DNA from: Selaginella moellendorffii
Taxonomy: Eukaryota > Plantae > Lycopodiophyta
NCBI RefSeq assembly: GCF_000143415.4
Contig: NW_003314335.1
Coordinates: 722,834-786,833 of the forward strand
Direction: 5' to 3'
DNA: 64,000 nt
This document shows positions 13,005-29,720 of this stretch, one piece after another. The notes beneath the pieces are model-generated. The model worked only from the letters and a program-made list of their open reading frames with translations, was not told where the DNA came from and ran no database searches. Position 1 is the stretch's first letter, and each line of letters begins with the position of its first letter. Made by a program: the position numbers and the translations under genes.

Positions 13005-13899
13005 NNNNNNNNNNNNNNNNNNNNNNNNNNNNNNNNNNNNNNNNNNNNNNNNNNNNNNNNNNNNNNNNNNNNNNNNNNNNNNNNNNNNNNNNNNNNNNNN
13101 NNNNNNNNNNNNNNNNNNNNNNNNNNNNNNNNNNNNNNNNNNNNNNNNNNNNNNNNNNNNNNNNNNNNNNNNNNNNNNNNNNNNNNNNNNNNNNNNNNNN
13201 NNNNNNNNNNNNNNNNNNNNNNCGATCATGGCGTCATGTTCAGCGAGGCGTCGTGCGATCGCCCACTTCCCAAAGGCGACAAGTTTGATCTGGACCCCGA
13301 GTTCCTGCTGGAGCTGTCTCAAGCTCCTGGCACGAGAAGGATCTCAAGTGGCCGTGGCCGGCTGATGCTCCACGCCTTTTCATCCAGGTACATAAGATCT
13401 CACAACGTGTATCTAAAGACAATGTTATACTTTCAAGGTGAGCGAGTTTTCGNNNNNNNNNNNNNNNNNNNNNNNNNNNNNNNNNNNNNNNNNNNNNNNN
13501 NNNNNNNNNNNNNNNNNNNNNNNNNNNNNNNNNNNNNNNNNNNNNNNNNNNNNNNNNNNNNNNNNNNNNNNNNNNNNNNNNNNNNNNNNNNNNNNNNNNN
13601 NNNNNNNNNNNNNNNNNNNNNNNNNNNNNNNNNNNNNNNNNNNNNNNNNNNNNNNNNNNNNNNNNNNNNNNNNNNNNNNNNNNNNNNNNNNNNNNNNNNN
13701 NNNNNNNNNNNNNNNNNNNNNNNNNNNNNNNNNNNNNNNNNNNNNNNNNNNNNNNNNNNNNNNNNNNNNNNNNNNNNNNNNNNNNNNNNNNNNNNNNNNN
13801 NNNNNNNNNNNNNNNNNNNNNNNNNNNNNNNNNNNNNNNNNNNNNNNNNNNNNNNNNNNNNNNNNNNNNNNNNNNNNNNNNNNNNNNNNNNNNNNNNNN
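13005..13899. other. Assembly gaps (N runs 13005-13222 and 13453-13899)
   Basis: Direct observation. Confidence 1.
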
Positions 13900-14849
13900 C
13901 AATATAGATTTCCTTAAACAAAAGTGTATTTGTAAAGGAAAAGTTGTATATAAATAATGGGATTATTAATTTAAGGGCTAACTATTGCTTTTGAGAGAAG
14001 ATCTATGGCGCTTGGGTGTGGCGTAGCTATGCTTGGTGATCAGCTGTGGATGAATAAAGGAGTGAAGATGGACCTCACATGGGCAGCAAACGAATCGCGC
14101 AAAGAGAGAGCCTGGTATTTGCAAGAGGAAGAGCTCCTCTACAAGCTCTTTGGCGAAGTGGAGTCGCGAGTAGCTAATGATGACGAGGAAGGCTGGGAGC
14201 GCGTTTCTGGGAGTGGAAAGACGAGTTCCATGGACGAGGAGTTCATGCGAGAAGAGGAGGAGCTTTCCTCGCTCTTTGAGGAAGTGGCCTGGAAGGCAAA
14301 CCATGAAGTGGGCGATGAAGAAGAAAACTCAACGATCCTAAGAGAGGTGATGGAGTTGCTTGGTCTCACAACCAAAAGGATTTCCAAACTGTAAATCTCA
14401 TCTAACAGGTATATTGAAATGCTTTCTACAAGTAACTTCCTACACACGACATTTCTCAAGCAAATGCCTCGATAAGACACCGTAGAATTGTATTTTTCTC
14501 GAGAGTGATTTCCTAGAAACATAATGTGTTCGTAGTGATCTGTTTGTAATCCAGTAAATCCAGCTTAGTCCAAAGAAAACTTTCAAGAGCAAATTTCTTT
14601 CTCTAGACTCACATGATTATCAACAGTGGCGATTTTGATCGCGTTCCTCAAAGAGAACGCTGAGAACTTACTGGATCATCTGGGTTCTCTGTGAATGCAA
14701 CCAGAAATTCCTGCAGAGAGGAAAGATTTCTCACAAAGGAAATGTACTAAACTTTTACTTTATACCCTCGAAAGATCGTCTCGGATCGCTGGAGGCAAAG
14801 CGCGTGAGTGTTTGTCCATCCTTCTACCAATCACAGTGACAGTTCTTCA

Positions 14850-17330
14850 GCAGCGCTTCAAAGTCCCGGTGTCTTTGTCACGGTCTCGGCGCTCAAGGCG
14901 TGCAGCAGCACCGGCCGGGACCTCGAGGCCACGAAGCTCATTCACGCCGCTTCCATCCGAGATGGCAGCCACACAGACGTCTTCATGGCCAGCACCGCCA
15001 TCAGCTTGTACTCGCGATGAGGCTCGCCTCGTCTTCGATTCCATTCTTGACTGCTGCTACGCCTCATGCTCGGCTACACGGACAGGGAGAGCTCGCCCTC
15101 GACCTCTTCTCGAGGCCGCGACGCTGGTGCAAGCTTTGAGAGCGGCCACAAAGGTTCCCGGGTCAAGTGGCAGGCTGTAGTCGGACTCCATCTTCGAGCA
15201 ACCTATACTCGGGCCCGAGAACAAGTTGGTGGTGAAGTTCAGGAGCCTCGCATGGGGCATGGAAATCCACTCCTGAGCTGTGACTTCCAGCTGTGAGTTC
15301 CTTGGCTTCGTCATGAACAGCTACACTGACCATCCGAGCACTGCCACACTTAGCTGTTCATGAAGAAGCCAAGGAACTCACAGCTAAGTGTGGCAGTGCT
15401 CGGATGGTCTTCGACAAGATGGCGGGGCGGACTGTGGTGTCGTGGAACTCGTTGATTCTCGCTACGCAGAGAGAGGCGAGGAAGAGCTCGCTCTGGAACA
15501 TTTCTGGTCCATGGAAGCTCAGGGCGTCTCCCCGGATGATAGAAGCTTCATGGCCGTTCTCAAAGCGTGTACCAAGGACACCGGCCAGGAGATCCACGAC
15601 AGGCTCGTCAAAGTGTGGCTGCGGCATGGCCTTGCACTTGAAAGCTACTCGAAGTGGCTTCGACGGTAACTTGTTCGTTGCCAGCTCCCTTGGTCGACAG
15701 GTACTCCGAGTGTGACAGCATGCTCATACTTTTGGCCAGCCCTCACGCTCGGCTACGTTGAAAACGGTGACGAGAGGCTGCCTCTGGAAGTCTTCGACCA
15801 CTTGCAAGATCAGGAGGCCTACTCCATCGCCAACTCCCTCACCTTCGTGGCTGCTCAAGGCCTGCATTGAACCGGATCTAGAACTCGGATGGAAGGCTTG
15901 TAAAGCTAGAATCGCTGTCCAGGGGCAAACGCATCCACGCACAAGCTGTAAGCTGCCGCTGCGACTCGGATACCATGGTGGCCAGCACGCTGGTGGACAT
16001 GTACGCCAGGTGCAGTACCCTGGTCGATGCCAGGAGGGTCTTCGACTGCATGCCTTGTAGAACACTGATGTCGTTAAACGTCCTGTTGCTCGGCTACGCA
16101 GAGAATAACGAGGTCGTGCTCGGCCTCGACTTGTTCTCTCAGCTGATGGCTGGCAGTGACGCACCGGATGCTCGATCTTTTGTCACACCTCTCAAGGCCT
16201 GCGCTCTCGTCGTGGTAAAAGAGGATGGGCATAAAGTCGATGGCAAGCTTGTTAAAGTGAAGGCGATGGAAGCAGGAATGGCAACTCCCAGGCCAGATTT
16301 GACACGGACGTGTTCGTAGCCAGCACGCTCGTAGACATGTATGCCAAGTGTGGAAGCTTGCTGGACTCGCAGGGCCTTCGACAAAATCCCAGCTCAAGCC
16401 CTTCTCTGGACGTCGCTTATCCTCGGCTACTCAGAGGATGACGAGCCCCAGCTGACACTGGAGCTCTTCTCGCAAATGCGGCACTTCCAGATCCTCCCAA
16501 ACGCCCAGACTTTCATGGGCGTGCACAAAGTTGGCGGTGTTAGAACAAAGTAGTGAAGTCGAGATCAATGCTGGAAAGGTGGCAGTGGTGAAGTTGAAAG
16601 CTCTAGAGATTCGCCATGACATCCATGCTCATGCCTCTAGAGCTGTAAGTGAATTGTCATTTTCAACCTCACCATTGATAAGTACTCCACAGTGGCTCCA
16701 TGGACGGTGAGTGTTTGACACCATGGTTTCTCGCCATGGTTTCCTGGACAGCCCTGATGCTTGGCTACACCGAGAACTCCCAGCCGCAGCTCGTCTCTCA
16801 AGCTGCTACCCAACGAACGGTTCCCAAATGCTCGAGCGTACGTGCCAGTTGGGAGTTTCAAATGCCAGATGGGCAATTTAAAAATAAACACTAGACTGCT
16901 CTCAAATCCTAGCTCCGCGCTGGATGTGGAGCTTGGCCAAAAGATCCACAGCGAGCTCTCCAGATTCGGCCTTGAAAGCGATCCAGTGGCGACAATTCTC
17001 CCGTCAATCTCTCCGGAAAGGCTGGAAGAATTCTCAATTGTTTGACATGGTTCCTTCTTCCAGCAGCATCATCACTTGGAATACTGGTCACCGGCTATGG
17101 CAGGCAAAGGGATGTGAAACGCGTCTTGGATCTCTACCACTAGCGATGGTCCAAATCCCCATGATTTGTGTTCTTGGCGCTTGCAGCCACGGCAGCGGCA
17201 AAATATTTCCAGGCGATGCTGGATTCGTCAGTGATCCCGTCCATCGAGCACTACCACTGCATGATCGATCTCCTTGGGCGCTGCATTGGAGATGATCGCA
17301 TCGATGCCCTTCCGGCCGAGCGCAATTACC
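14850..17330 (+). pseudogene. Degenerate PLS/E-class PPR gene (right arm)
   Basis: VASTLVDMYARCSTLVDARRVFD, WTSLILGY and PSIEHYHCMIDLLGR fragments in shifting frames. Confidence 0.8.
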
Positions 17331-18030
17331 TAGCCTGCTTGGCTCGCTCGCAATCGCCACAGCGCTCTCGCGTTGTCACTGATGTTCTTCCGGTACTTCC
17401 GCTTGGATTCCTGCGCGAAGAAGTTCACTATCCTGTTGTCAAAGTCCTCGCCACCCAAGTGCGTGGCCTTCACCTCGAACACCCCCTGGTCGATCGTGAA
17501 GATCGAAACATCGGAAGTTCCACCGCCCAAGTCGAAGATCAAGATGTTCTTCTCGCCGGTGCTCGACGCCTTCTTGTCCAGGCCATAGGCGATGGCCGGT
17601 GAGCTCGTTGATGATCATCAGCACATTCAAACCCGCAATGGCTCCAGCGTCCTTCATTGAAGTAGGCCGGGACCGTCAGCTTGATGCATCCTTGACGCTC
17701 TTGCCCATCTCCTTCATCTTGGTGAGAACCATGGAGGAGATCTCCTCGGCTGAGAATTGCTTCTGCTCGTTCTTGTAAGTCACCACGCTCATGGGCTTGT
17801 CGCTCGGCCCCGCGATCACCTTGAAGGGCCACAGGGAACGGATGGATCGCTGAATTTCCTGCCGATGAGCCGAAGACGGTGTTGGAGGGATTGAGCGCGA
17901 CCTGGTTCTTGACGGCATCGCTGATGAGCCGCTCCGTGTCCGTGAAGCTGGTTGCCCTGTGATCTCCACTTGATCGCTGCCAAACCCCGACGCTCGACGT
18001 CGTGCCTAGATCGATCCCGACTGCTGACAT
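17330..18030 (-). pseudogene. Cytosolic HSP70 N-terminal fragment, frameshifted
   Basis: [35 protein letters not shown] and [11 protein letters not shown] spread over several frames. Confidence 0.9.
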
Positions 18031-18160
18031 TGCGCGCTGTGATCTTCGCGCTAAATCGGGTGCTCTAGCTAAGAATTACTTTCTTCCCACCGATGGATCG
18101 AATAAATTCCTAACATATCCTACGTGATTAAATTCAAATTTTCTAATTAAGTATTCATTG

Positions 18161-18204
18161 TCGGCTCTCACCGAAAGACCCGGGTTCAATTCCCGGCAAC
18201 GGAA
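18161..18204 (+). pseudogene. 3' half of tRNA-Glu(CTC)
   Basis: tcggctCTCaccgaaagacccgggttcaattcccggcaacgga: anticodon arm, T-arm and acceptor 3' strand present, 5' half missing. Confidence 0.7.
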
Positions 18205-18406
18205 TTTACAGGCTATCATAGTCATAAAAGGTCGACTCGTTTCTGATAAAGTCCTAATTGTTACTTGAAAGGCCAGTTTTGGCAATTGTATCGATCTATT
18301 TTGTTTAACATTGACAGGACTGCGTGTAGAGAAGGATTACTTTGCTCGTCAATATCTATCAATGTATTCTGGGAAATTCGTTGGATCTTCTTCATGAAGC
18401 AAATCA

Positions 18407-18431
18407 TGCGGTGAGCGTGGATCGAACACGC

Positions 18432-18474
<43 letters not shown>

Positions 18475-18479
18475 CCCGC
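18407..18479 (-). tRNA. tRNA-Phe(GAA), plant cytosolic type
   Basis: Reverse complement GCGGGGATAGCTCAGTTGGGAGAGCGTCAGACTGAAGATCTGAAGGTCGCGTGTTCGATCCACGCTCACCGCA, 73 nt, full cloverleaf. Confidence 0.97.
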
Positions 18480-18587
18480 TTAATCTAAATTATTTAAGAT
18501 ATCTTTAATGAAAACTTACCTTTAAACTAATGGCCTAAACCCTAAGCCCTAAGGACAGGGACTTCCACTGAATGATTCCAGGAAGTG

Positions 18588-19693
18588 ATGGAAGCAGCGG
18601 CGGCGGGAGGACGCGCGCTGGTAGTTCTTCCTTCCCGATCTCCATTCCAGGAATCTAGATTTGCATTCCCTGCTCGATGCGCTCCAATTCCAATCGCGCA
18701 GCGGCATTTCTTTCCTCCTCCGCGGAGCTGGGATTCCCAATGCCGTCGCCCTCTGCTTAGGTTTTCCTGCTGCCTCAGAGAAGCACAAGGCGATCCCGCG
18801 ACGAGGAGGAAGCGCCTGGCTGTTTTCGTGTCCGGCAGCGGATCAAACTTTCGGAGCATTCACAAGGCGACGATCGATGGCACTGTTCTTGGGGATGTGG
18901 TGATCGTTGTCTCGGACAAGCCAGGTTAGTTCTTGGTTTTTTCCATGGCTAGAATCCATAGCAATCCAGCTAGAGTTTTTTCATTCTTTTGTCCTGGATT
19001 TAGAATGCAAGGCTTGCGAGTACGCTCGAGAGCACGGGATTTCGGTGGCGTACTATCCGAGAACAAAGTTCGCTCCAGATGGAGTCTCTCCAAACGAGCT
19101 CGTGGAAATTCTCAGGTTGGCTTTATGCTTTTCTTTTGCTAAAAGAGTTTACGTGTGATCGATCTTTCGCAGGCATCAAAGAGTGGATTTCGTGCTGCTG
19201 GCTGGCTACTTAAAGTTGATACCAAAAGAGCTCGTGGAAGCGTTTCCTCGAGCGATCCTCAACATCCACCCCGCGCTCCTCCCGGCATTTGGAGGCAAAG
19301 GTTTCTATGGAATCAAAGTCCACGAGGCTGTCATCGCTTCCGGCGCTCGGTAACTTCCACCTTTCATCGTTCTCTTGCTCTAAATTCTTGCAACTTTTAA
19401 CAGTGTCTCGGGCCCAACGATCCATTTCGTGGATGAGAAGTATGATCACGGGAGTATTCTTGCGCAGCGAACAGTTCCTGTTCTAGAGACGGACACGCCG
19501 CAAGACTTGGCAGCCAGAGTGCTGGAACAAGTACGTGGTTTGATTGTTCTTTAGTTACGATTGGTTTTTGGATGGGATTTGCTACCGACAGGAGCACGCA
19601 CTGTATGTGGAAGCTGTGGCTGCTCTCTGCGAAGAAAGGATTGAATGGAGTGGCGATGGAGTCCCTCGCATGCGCGAAAAGGAGCTAGCTTAA
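18588..19693 (+). CDS. PUR3: Phosphoribosylglycinamide (GAR) formyltransferase, plastid-targeted, multi-exon
   Basis: LAVFVSGSGSNF, VLLAGYLKLIP, ILNIHPALLPAFGG, GPTIHFVDEKYDHG separated by short GT-AG introns. Confidence 0.92.
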
Positions 19694-19766
19694 CTGTGAG
19701 GTATTTCGATCTTTCTATATACCATTTTCCAGAGAAAACATATAATTTACAGGCAAATCATCTCAC

Positions 19767-21027
19767 TCATGGGTTTTGTCCCTGTTCCTCATCCCGGATT
19801 CTTTGTTCTGGAGTAGAATTTCGTGCTCGTAACAACGCCAACGCCAAAGACAATGCAATGCCCAGAAGACCAGCCATTGTTATCGAAAGCAATGCCTCGA
19901 TATGTAGCTGCAAAAACAAAACATAAATTTCATAAAGATGGTTAAGGACTCCACCATTTGGTAGAATAAGTGTGCGAGCGATATCACAAGCCCAATTTGA
20001 GTTGCCGAAAGAAGCCATATAAACTTTTGTTCCACTGGAAAATAATTAAAATATAAGAAAATTGAGGAAAAAAAAAAGGACCAAATTACCAAATACAGTC
20101 CCTGTAATGGACGTGGTAATTCCAAATAATAGTCCAAAAGGCAGTGCCAAGATCAGTGCCTGATTACCGTTCTGCTTGATCTGCATATAAAACTTCATGA
20201 GTTGAATCAAAATCTTCTCATGTACCAGCATTTGTTCCAGGAAGCAGAAGTAAGTCACGCTAGCGATTATGCTAATCCAGAGCCTGCAGCGTAAGAAGTC
20301 AAGCAAGCAAACCAAAAAAAAAATTTTTACATCACCTCCACTCAAGCATGCTAAAGCTAAGCCCTTGATGATCAAGTTGCTGGTTTAAACTTTGAGTAGC
20401 GTTTTCGAGCCGGAGTGTGACCGGAAGGTTGACAACTTCCTGGCCGCAAACATCACACTGTCGATTCCCTCGAATGCCAAACCACTTGAGAGCGCAATCT
20501 TGATGGGCCAGTGCCAGGCCGCCTTTGCAGGAACACTCGAGCCTGAGAGTGGAGCTTGTCTCTTGGGTGAGATCACAGAGGCAAATTCTACAAGATAGAT
20601 CCTCCTCCGAGGATAGCTCGTCGTGATCATCTCCTAGATTTACACACGTGTTCTCAGTTCTCATGAGCATTTGGAGAAACATCAAGATTGCGATGTTTTA
20701 CCTTGCTTTGGACGAGGAGTCACAGGTTTTACCAAATAAGTTCCGGAATACAGCCTTGTTAACTCCTTCTTCGTGTGTTCTTCCATTGGGCCGGAGATAG
20801 AACGCTGCACAACTTTCTTCTCATGCTGAAAGATCTAGCACCAACTTGTAGGTGAAGAACAAAGGAAGGAAAATTAGAAAGACCTTCGATCCAAGTGAGA
20901 CCGATTGAGAGTTGTATTTCTTACTCCAGCTGGGAGTTCTTGGAAGCATTCTCTTGGGATCATTGTCTGGTGGTGGTACCTCAAGCCTCAACCTTGGCCG
21001 AATTCGTGTTGTGTCCTTGGCATCCAT
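19767..21027 (-). CDS. RING-CH (MARCH-like) E3 ubiquitin ligase with C-terminal TM helices, multi-exon
   Basis: CRICLCD..LECSCKGGLALAHQDCALKWFGIRGNRQCDVC followed by hydrophobic segments. Exon boundaries approximate. Confidence 0.8.
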
Positions 21028-21599
21028 CTAATAACAACAACATGATCACAAAAAAACCGAAGACAAGGGAGAGACCATACCTCAACTTGTGGAGATTGAT
21101 CCTCAGCTCACCCGTTAACTCGATCCAGCGTTGGCAGCCGTCGGATTAAGTCAGGTTCTCTGCGAGCTGACAACTGCCAAGTTGTGGAGAACCAGGCTAC
21201 CAGCTGCCAGGTTGTGGAGAACCAGCTGCCAGTTCTGGAGAACCCTTTCATCCTCAAATAACTTTATTCCATGTGTCCGTCAACGGTCTCGCCACAGTCC
21301 GTTAAGGCCGTTCCTCGGGCACGGGCTCGCTCGAATGCGCTCGCCGTACACGGGAACTCCATCACGATCGTGGTGCCAGGTGCCCAGCACGTACTGTTCC
21401 ACGTGATAAAAACATTCTCGGCTATTATTCCCCACTATTAATGATTCTGTCAGCACCAATGCTGACGCATGTTTGTTTACCTTAAACAATATTATTCTAT
21501 TTATTGTGGATCGAGAGAATTCCATTTAAAACCATTACTGAGCTCAATCGGGGAGAGTGTCAGATTGAAGATCTGAATGGAGTTCTGCATGTAGAAAAA

Positions 21600-21900
21600 G
21601 TTATACACTGCAACAATTTTTTTTCTTAGGGAATGTGACTGACGCAAACTTTTACACTGGGTGTATCGCTCCGTGGGTTCCACTTGAAATACATTTAACA
21701 CTGCAAAGAGTGACAAAAGTTTTACCCATTTTGTACTCGTCAAGCATTTGCCCAGTGATGAGTCCTCATAGCCCACGCCAAAGCTATAAACGTCACTTGC
21801 AGCATGGTGAGCTGCTGGCATAAGAAGTACTTTGGATCAAGATACTTGTAGATGTTTCCAGAGATAGAACTCGAACTCCCCAGCCGGGCTCAGCTTAGCT
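21600..21900 (-). pseudogene. Decayed duplicate of the kinase C-terminal exons of the neighbouring LRR-RLK
   Basis: ASDVYSFGV and YLD remnants; shares tgcaaagagtg.caaaagttttacccatt with 23282-23310. Confidence 0.7.
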
Positions 21901-22039
21901 TTATGTCATCTTGTAAGTGTTTCATTCTCGCCTTGGACCAGCTTCATCTAAGCCTCCAAACGAGTGAGAAACCTGTCTTCCTTGTTTTGTTTCCCTGCAA
22001 GCATTTTTCTCCTCGGATTTTGGCACTGTCTTCATAATG

Positions 22040-22159
22040 GACTCTAGCCATGGAGAAACCAAGAAGAATAAACCTGACTTGTGATAGACACGAAAAACTG
22101 GGCACTTCCTTCTCGACGCGGGATCATGAGAAAATGGTGTTCGATCCACGTTCACCGCA
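22040..22159. pseudogene. Deleted inverted relic of PurN exon 1/intron 1 plus the tRNA-Phe 3' end
   Basis: ctagccatggagaaaccaagaa and gacacgaaaa..cttcct..cgcgggatc match the reverse complement of 18790-18960. gtgttcgatccacgttcaccgca (22137-22159) is the tRNA-Phe 3' end with 1 mismatch. Confidence 0.7.
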
Positions 22160-22903
22160 ATCTCATCTGTCCTAGTGCCATGCAAAGAAGTCAAAGTCTT
22201 GACTGGGTAATTGCAATACAATATACATGACAGGCTTGTGATAGACAAGTTTCCATTTCATTATCAAGCAAAATAGTAATAAATGCACGGATGCCAGATC
22301 CACGTAATTTATGAGACATGGTAACTGGAAGAACACAGCCCAGGCCACAGAAGGCAATGGAGAAAGTACCACGTTGTTGTTGAGAAATACTTCATTGAGA
22401 AACATGGTTCGGTGAAGGTGGAGAGACTTGCCCAGTGGTTCTGTTATGGCCATGACTGGTGATTTAGCTTTAGGTGAGTATTTTCTTTTGAATTTTTCTA
22501 AGCTCAAGCAAGTTTATCTGTGTAGAGATTGATACTGGCGGAAATGTGTTCCAAAGAGCAAAACGAAGAACAAAAATTTTCAGGGTTCTTTGAAACCAAC
22601 TTTATATTGTCAAACAGGCTTTCCCAGGAGGATGATGCCCACACTGGTTTGGTCACTTGCTTGGTCACGACCGTTGGTTCGTACCTCTGCGGGGTACAGT
22701 TTCCTGACTGTGTTTATGATGAGAAGGTTGACAATGGCCAAGTTTGAAATTGGTTTTCCAGCATCTAGAACCCAGAAAGTTGTGAAAGCGGGACAGGAGC
22801 ACTTGCAAAGAAGATCCAAATGGAGCATGGCATGCTGTGGTGTACAAAGATTCGTCCATGTATATATGAAAAGGAATGAAAGATGAACGTTCTTGTGGAA
22901 ATG

Positions 22904-26230
<3,327 letters not shown>

Positions 26231-26339
26231 ATTCAAGGCGCTTAGAGAGCTATGGACCGAGACCCGAAAGGGCTTTCCAATTCGAAAATCGGGTAAAACA
26301 AAAATGCTTGACCAAGCAAGTCAAACTTATACTATTATC

Positions 26340-27600
26340 TCTTACTCACGTGTTTACACGAAGCCGCCGGAGAAAAAGACCTAGGATCACTACCAAACTT
26401 CTCCTTTGCCTCGGCGGGCCCGTAATCGACGTGGAAAATTTGTGGCCACTGCAACAATCGCGAGCCTCCAACACAGAGGCGAAAAGACAAGAAACTCTTA
26501 CCTGTGGCCATGGATTCCCCAGTGCACGAGTTGCAGGAGGCTGAGGAAGTAGCTCCAGATTTACAACGCTCGTGCAGCCGTGGCGGACCACAGTACCGAT
26601 GCAATCTGTGCCTGTATGGCCTCCTCCTATCACCACCACTTTCTTGTCTTTGGCAGATATGTAGTTGTTGTCCTTGAGCCAAATCCAGCAAACTCTTGGT
26701 ATTCGTGTGAAGGAACTCCATGGCAAAACGTATGCCATCATATTCTCGGCCTTCTACTTTAAGGTCCCTGAAGAAAAACAAATAAAAAGATGGTTAGATC
26801 TGAAACAAGTGGAGAAAAGCAAGACTTGCAAGTAGTAAGCTATCATAGTCGGACATTAACCTCTCCACCGAGAATAACTTGTCAACTCCGACATTCGCAT
26901 TAACAATGAACTCGATCCCTGCGGCAGCCATCAGGTTCACTCGCTGGTGAACGACCTCCACTTTGTCGGTCTTCATGTTTGGCACACCGTACATCATGAG
27001 GCCTCCAATTCTATCCACTCTCTCAAACACTGTCACAGAGTGGCCGGCCTTACTGAGCTGATCAGCGGCCGCTAGGCGTGCCATACCGCTACCTACAATC
27101 ACCACTCTCTTCCTGCAAAGAGACAACGACGTGAGAAACCAACGACGTGAGTAAACCTTGTCTCTACATACCCGGTCCGATAAGCTGGTGGACAATCCAG
27201 CCTTCCTCAAAAGCTTTGTCGATGATGGTACACTCTATCGTCTTAATGGACATCGGGTTCTCTATAATTCCCAGAACACAAGCACCCTCGCAAGGAGCAA
27301 GGCACACACGTCTTATGAACTCTGGAAAGTTGTTGGTTTCCAGGAGCCTATCCAAGGCTTCCCGCCAACGACCTTGGTGAACAAGCTCGTTCCATTCCGG
27401 AATCTTGTTTCCAATGTCATCCCGCAGGTCAACAGAGATGAATAAATAACATAGCTGAACTGGACATACCTGGTTGCAGTTCTAATGGAGTGCCGCGCGG
27501 ACTGGGTTTTAAGGAGGTTATCGCAAGGACCTCGTTCCAATGGGCCGGGCGATATGGAAGTGTTTCTCGTTCATACGAGATAAATCCCGATGTTTCACTG
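26340..27600 (-). pseudogene. NADH-glutamate synthase (GOGAT) beta-domain fragment, degenerate, introns retained
   Basis: [63 protein letters not shown]. No alpha domain; frames broken. Confidence 0.85.
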
Positions 27601-27769
27601 CGTCCGGAATTCTTGTTGGCCGCGCTTGGGCCTGAGTCTGACCACAAAGCGAACACGTCAGAGTTGCAGGCCAGATAATCATTCAATTCTACCGCGACTA
27701 CTGCAGCCGCTCCTCCGTCAGCCATTTTCTTCGAGAGCTGTTTTGTAGTCGCAGGGGAAAACTTTCACG

Positions 27770-28580
27770 AATTCGTAATTGGCCTGCAGATGCATATGTT
27801 TGTTATGGTAAATGGTTGGATAACATATAGAAAGATCGAAATACCTCCCAGTTAAGCTGGTTATTTTCCACACATGCGAGGGACTCCATCGCCACTCCAT
27901 TCAATCCTTTCTTCGCAGAGAGCAGCCACAGCTTTCACATACAGTGCGTGCTCCTGTCGGTAGCAAATCCCATTCAAAAACCAATCGAAACTAAAGAACA
28001 ATCAAACCACGTACTTGTTCCAACACTCTGGCTGCCAAGTCTTCCGTCTCTAGAACAGGAACTTCTTGCTGCGCGAGAATGCTCCCATTCTCACAAAATG
28101 GATCGTTGCGCTTGAGACACTGTTACAAAGTTGTTGCAAGCAATTAGAGCTCGTGCGGTGAAAGATAGAATTTACCGAGAGCCGACAGCCTCGTGGACTT
28201 TGATTCCGTAGAAACCTTTGCCTCCAAAAGCCGAGAGAAGCATCAGGTGAATGTTGAGGATCGCTCGAGGAAACGCTTCCACGAGTTCTTTTGGTATCAA
28301 CTTAAAGTAGCCGGCCAGCAGACGAAATCCACTCCTTGATGCCTCAGATAATGTTAAATCTTCTAGGGAAAGAAAAGCATGAAACCAGCCGCAGAACTGT
28401 CCTGCATTCTAAATCCAGGACAAAAGAATGAAACTCTAGCTGGATTGCTATGGATTCTAGCCATGGAGAAAAACTAACCTGGCTTGTCCGAGACAACGGT
28501 CACCATCGGTCGTCGCTCTGTGGATGCTCCGAAAGTTTGATCCGCCGGTGGACACGAAAACAGCCAGGCGCTTCCTCGTT
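27770..28580 (-). pseudogene. Inverted, deletion-ridden copy of the GAR formyltransferase gene, including introns
   Basis: Reverse-complement match to 18820-19760 (e.g. ggactccatcgccactccattcaatcctttcttcgcagagagcagccacagc). Confidence 0.9.
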
Positions 28581-29720
28581 GTCGTCCAGTGTGTAATCCG
28601 TATAGAGCACTCACCACTTCGATTGTGGCGAGTACTCTTGTGGAGCAGGACAGGAAAACCTAAGAAGAGCCTACGGAAATGCTAGAGAACTTTAAAGGTT
28701 AAATAATAAAAATCTCTGTTGACAAAAGTATGGACAAAGCTTTATTGCCTCCACCAGAGAGCTTCCCACAGCCACAAGTACCTGTAGTTCTAAGTTATCA
28801 TGTTCCGTCACCATACTAGCCACGAGCTCCATATCAGAAGAATACAACACAGTAGTATGCACCAACAAGTATATGCTGGCTGCGTGATTGGAATTGGAGT
28901 GCATAGAACAGGGAATGTGGCTTAAGCGTTAGGTCTCCATTTGGCCATGGAGAAAATCAGCTAAGCCGAAAAGTGTGGCGCTGATCGAGCAGCTCGGCTT
29001 GAAATCGGTGAGTTCTGCTAGTTTAAACAAAACTGGTACTTAAAATTATAAACTCAACTGATTACTCAACGCATAAACAAGATTTGCCTTTAATCTTCTT
29101 TTAATTATATCATTATTAACTATCGCTAATGTAGCATTTAATACTAGATATTCTAGGAATATTTTGTACACAAAAATTAAAATAAATAAAAAATTGTTCT
29201 ACCTTCCTTTTATACTAGCTAGCTCCGCACTACAAAAGAAACATGAGACTCACTAAAACAACAATGCAGAGAACTCTGCTGCCAACCTCATGTGCGTTGT
29301 TAATTAAAGGGGGACATTCACAGTGCAACAAAAACGCTCAAGGATCAAGCGCCAGTAAGCTGCGCTGCTCTCAGAGAAGTAACTGAATCATTCACTTTCC
29401 TCCGTCTTTTCTTGAAAATCTCAGGCTGGCTGCACAACATGTCGTTAAAATAGCGAATAAAACTGTGACAAAAAGTGCACCTGTGGCCATCAGTACTGTC
29501 CTCAGCACTTCTTCTGCACACAAAAGAGGGCTGCATTAACACTGTTATGAACAAAAAGTTAAATTACCTTCGGTGGTGGGCACCCCTCTTGCTCTTGGAA
29601 ACCTGCCTCACCAAGACACCCGTAGTTGGCAACAACCATGCCAATACGAGCCTCCGTGTTGCCTTCATCGCCTCCCCTCCATTCTCCATGAACAAGACAA
29701 CTGCAAGTCAAGACTGGTAA

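Larger units (their letters stand above)
10095..16545. repeat. Large inverted duplication: arms ~10095-12520 and ~13930-16545
   Basis: Reverse-complement identity seen throughout, e.g. 12046-12393(-) and 14005-14394(+) encode near-identical peptides. The spacer contains N gaps. Confidence 0.85.

Noticed and set aside
12849-13921. ORFs spanning N runs
   Set aside because: Artefacts of assembly gaps.
21170-21245. Three short gttgtggagaaccag repeats
   Set aside because: Small local duplication upstream of the RING gene with no further structure.
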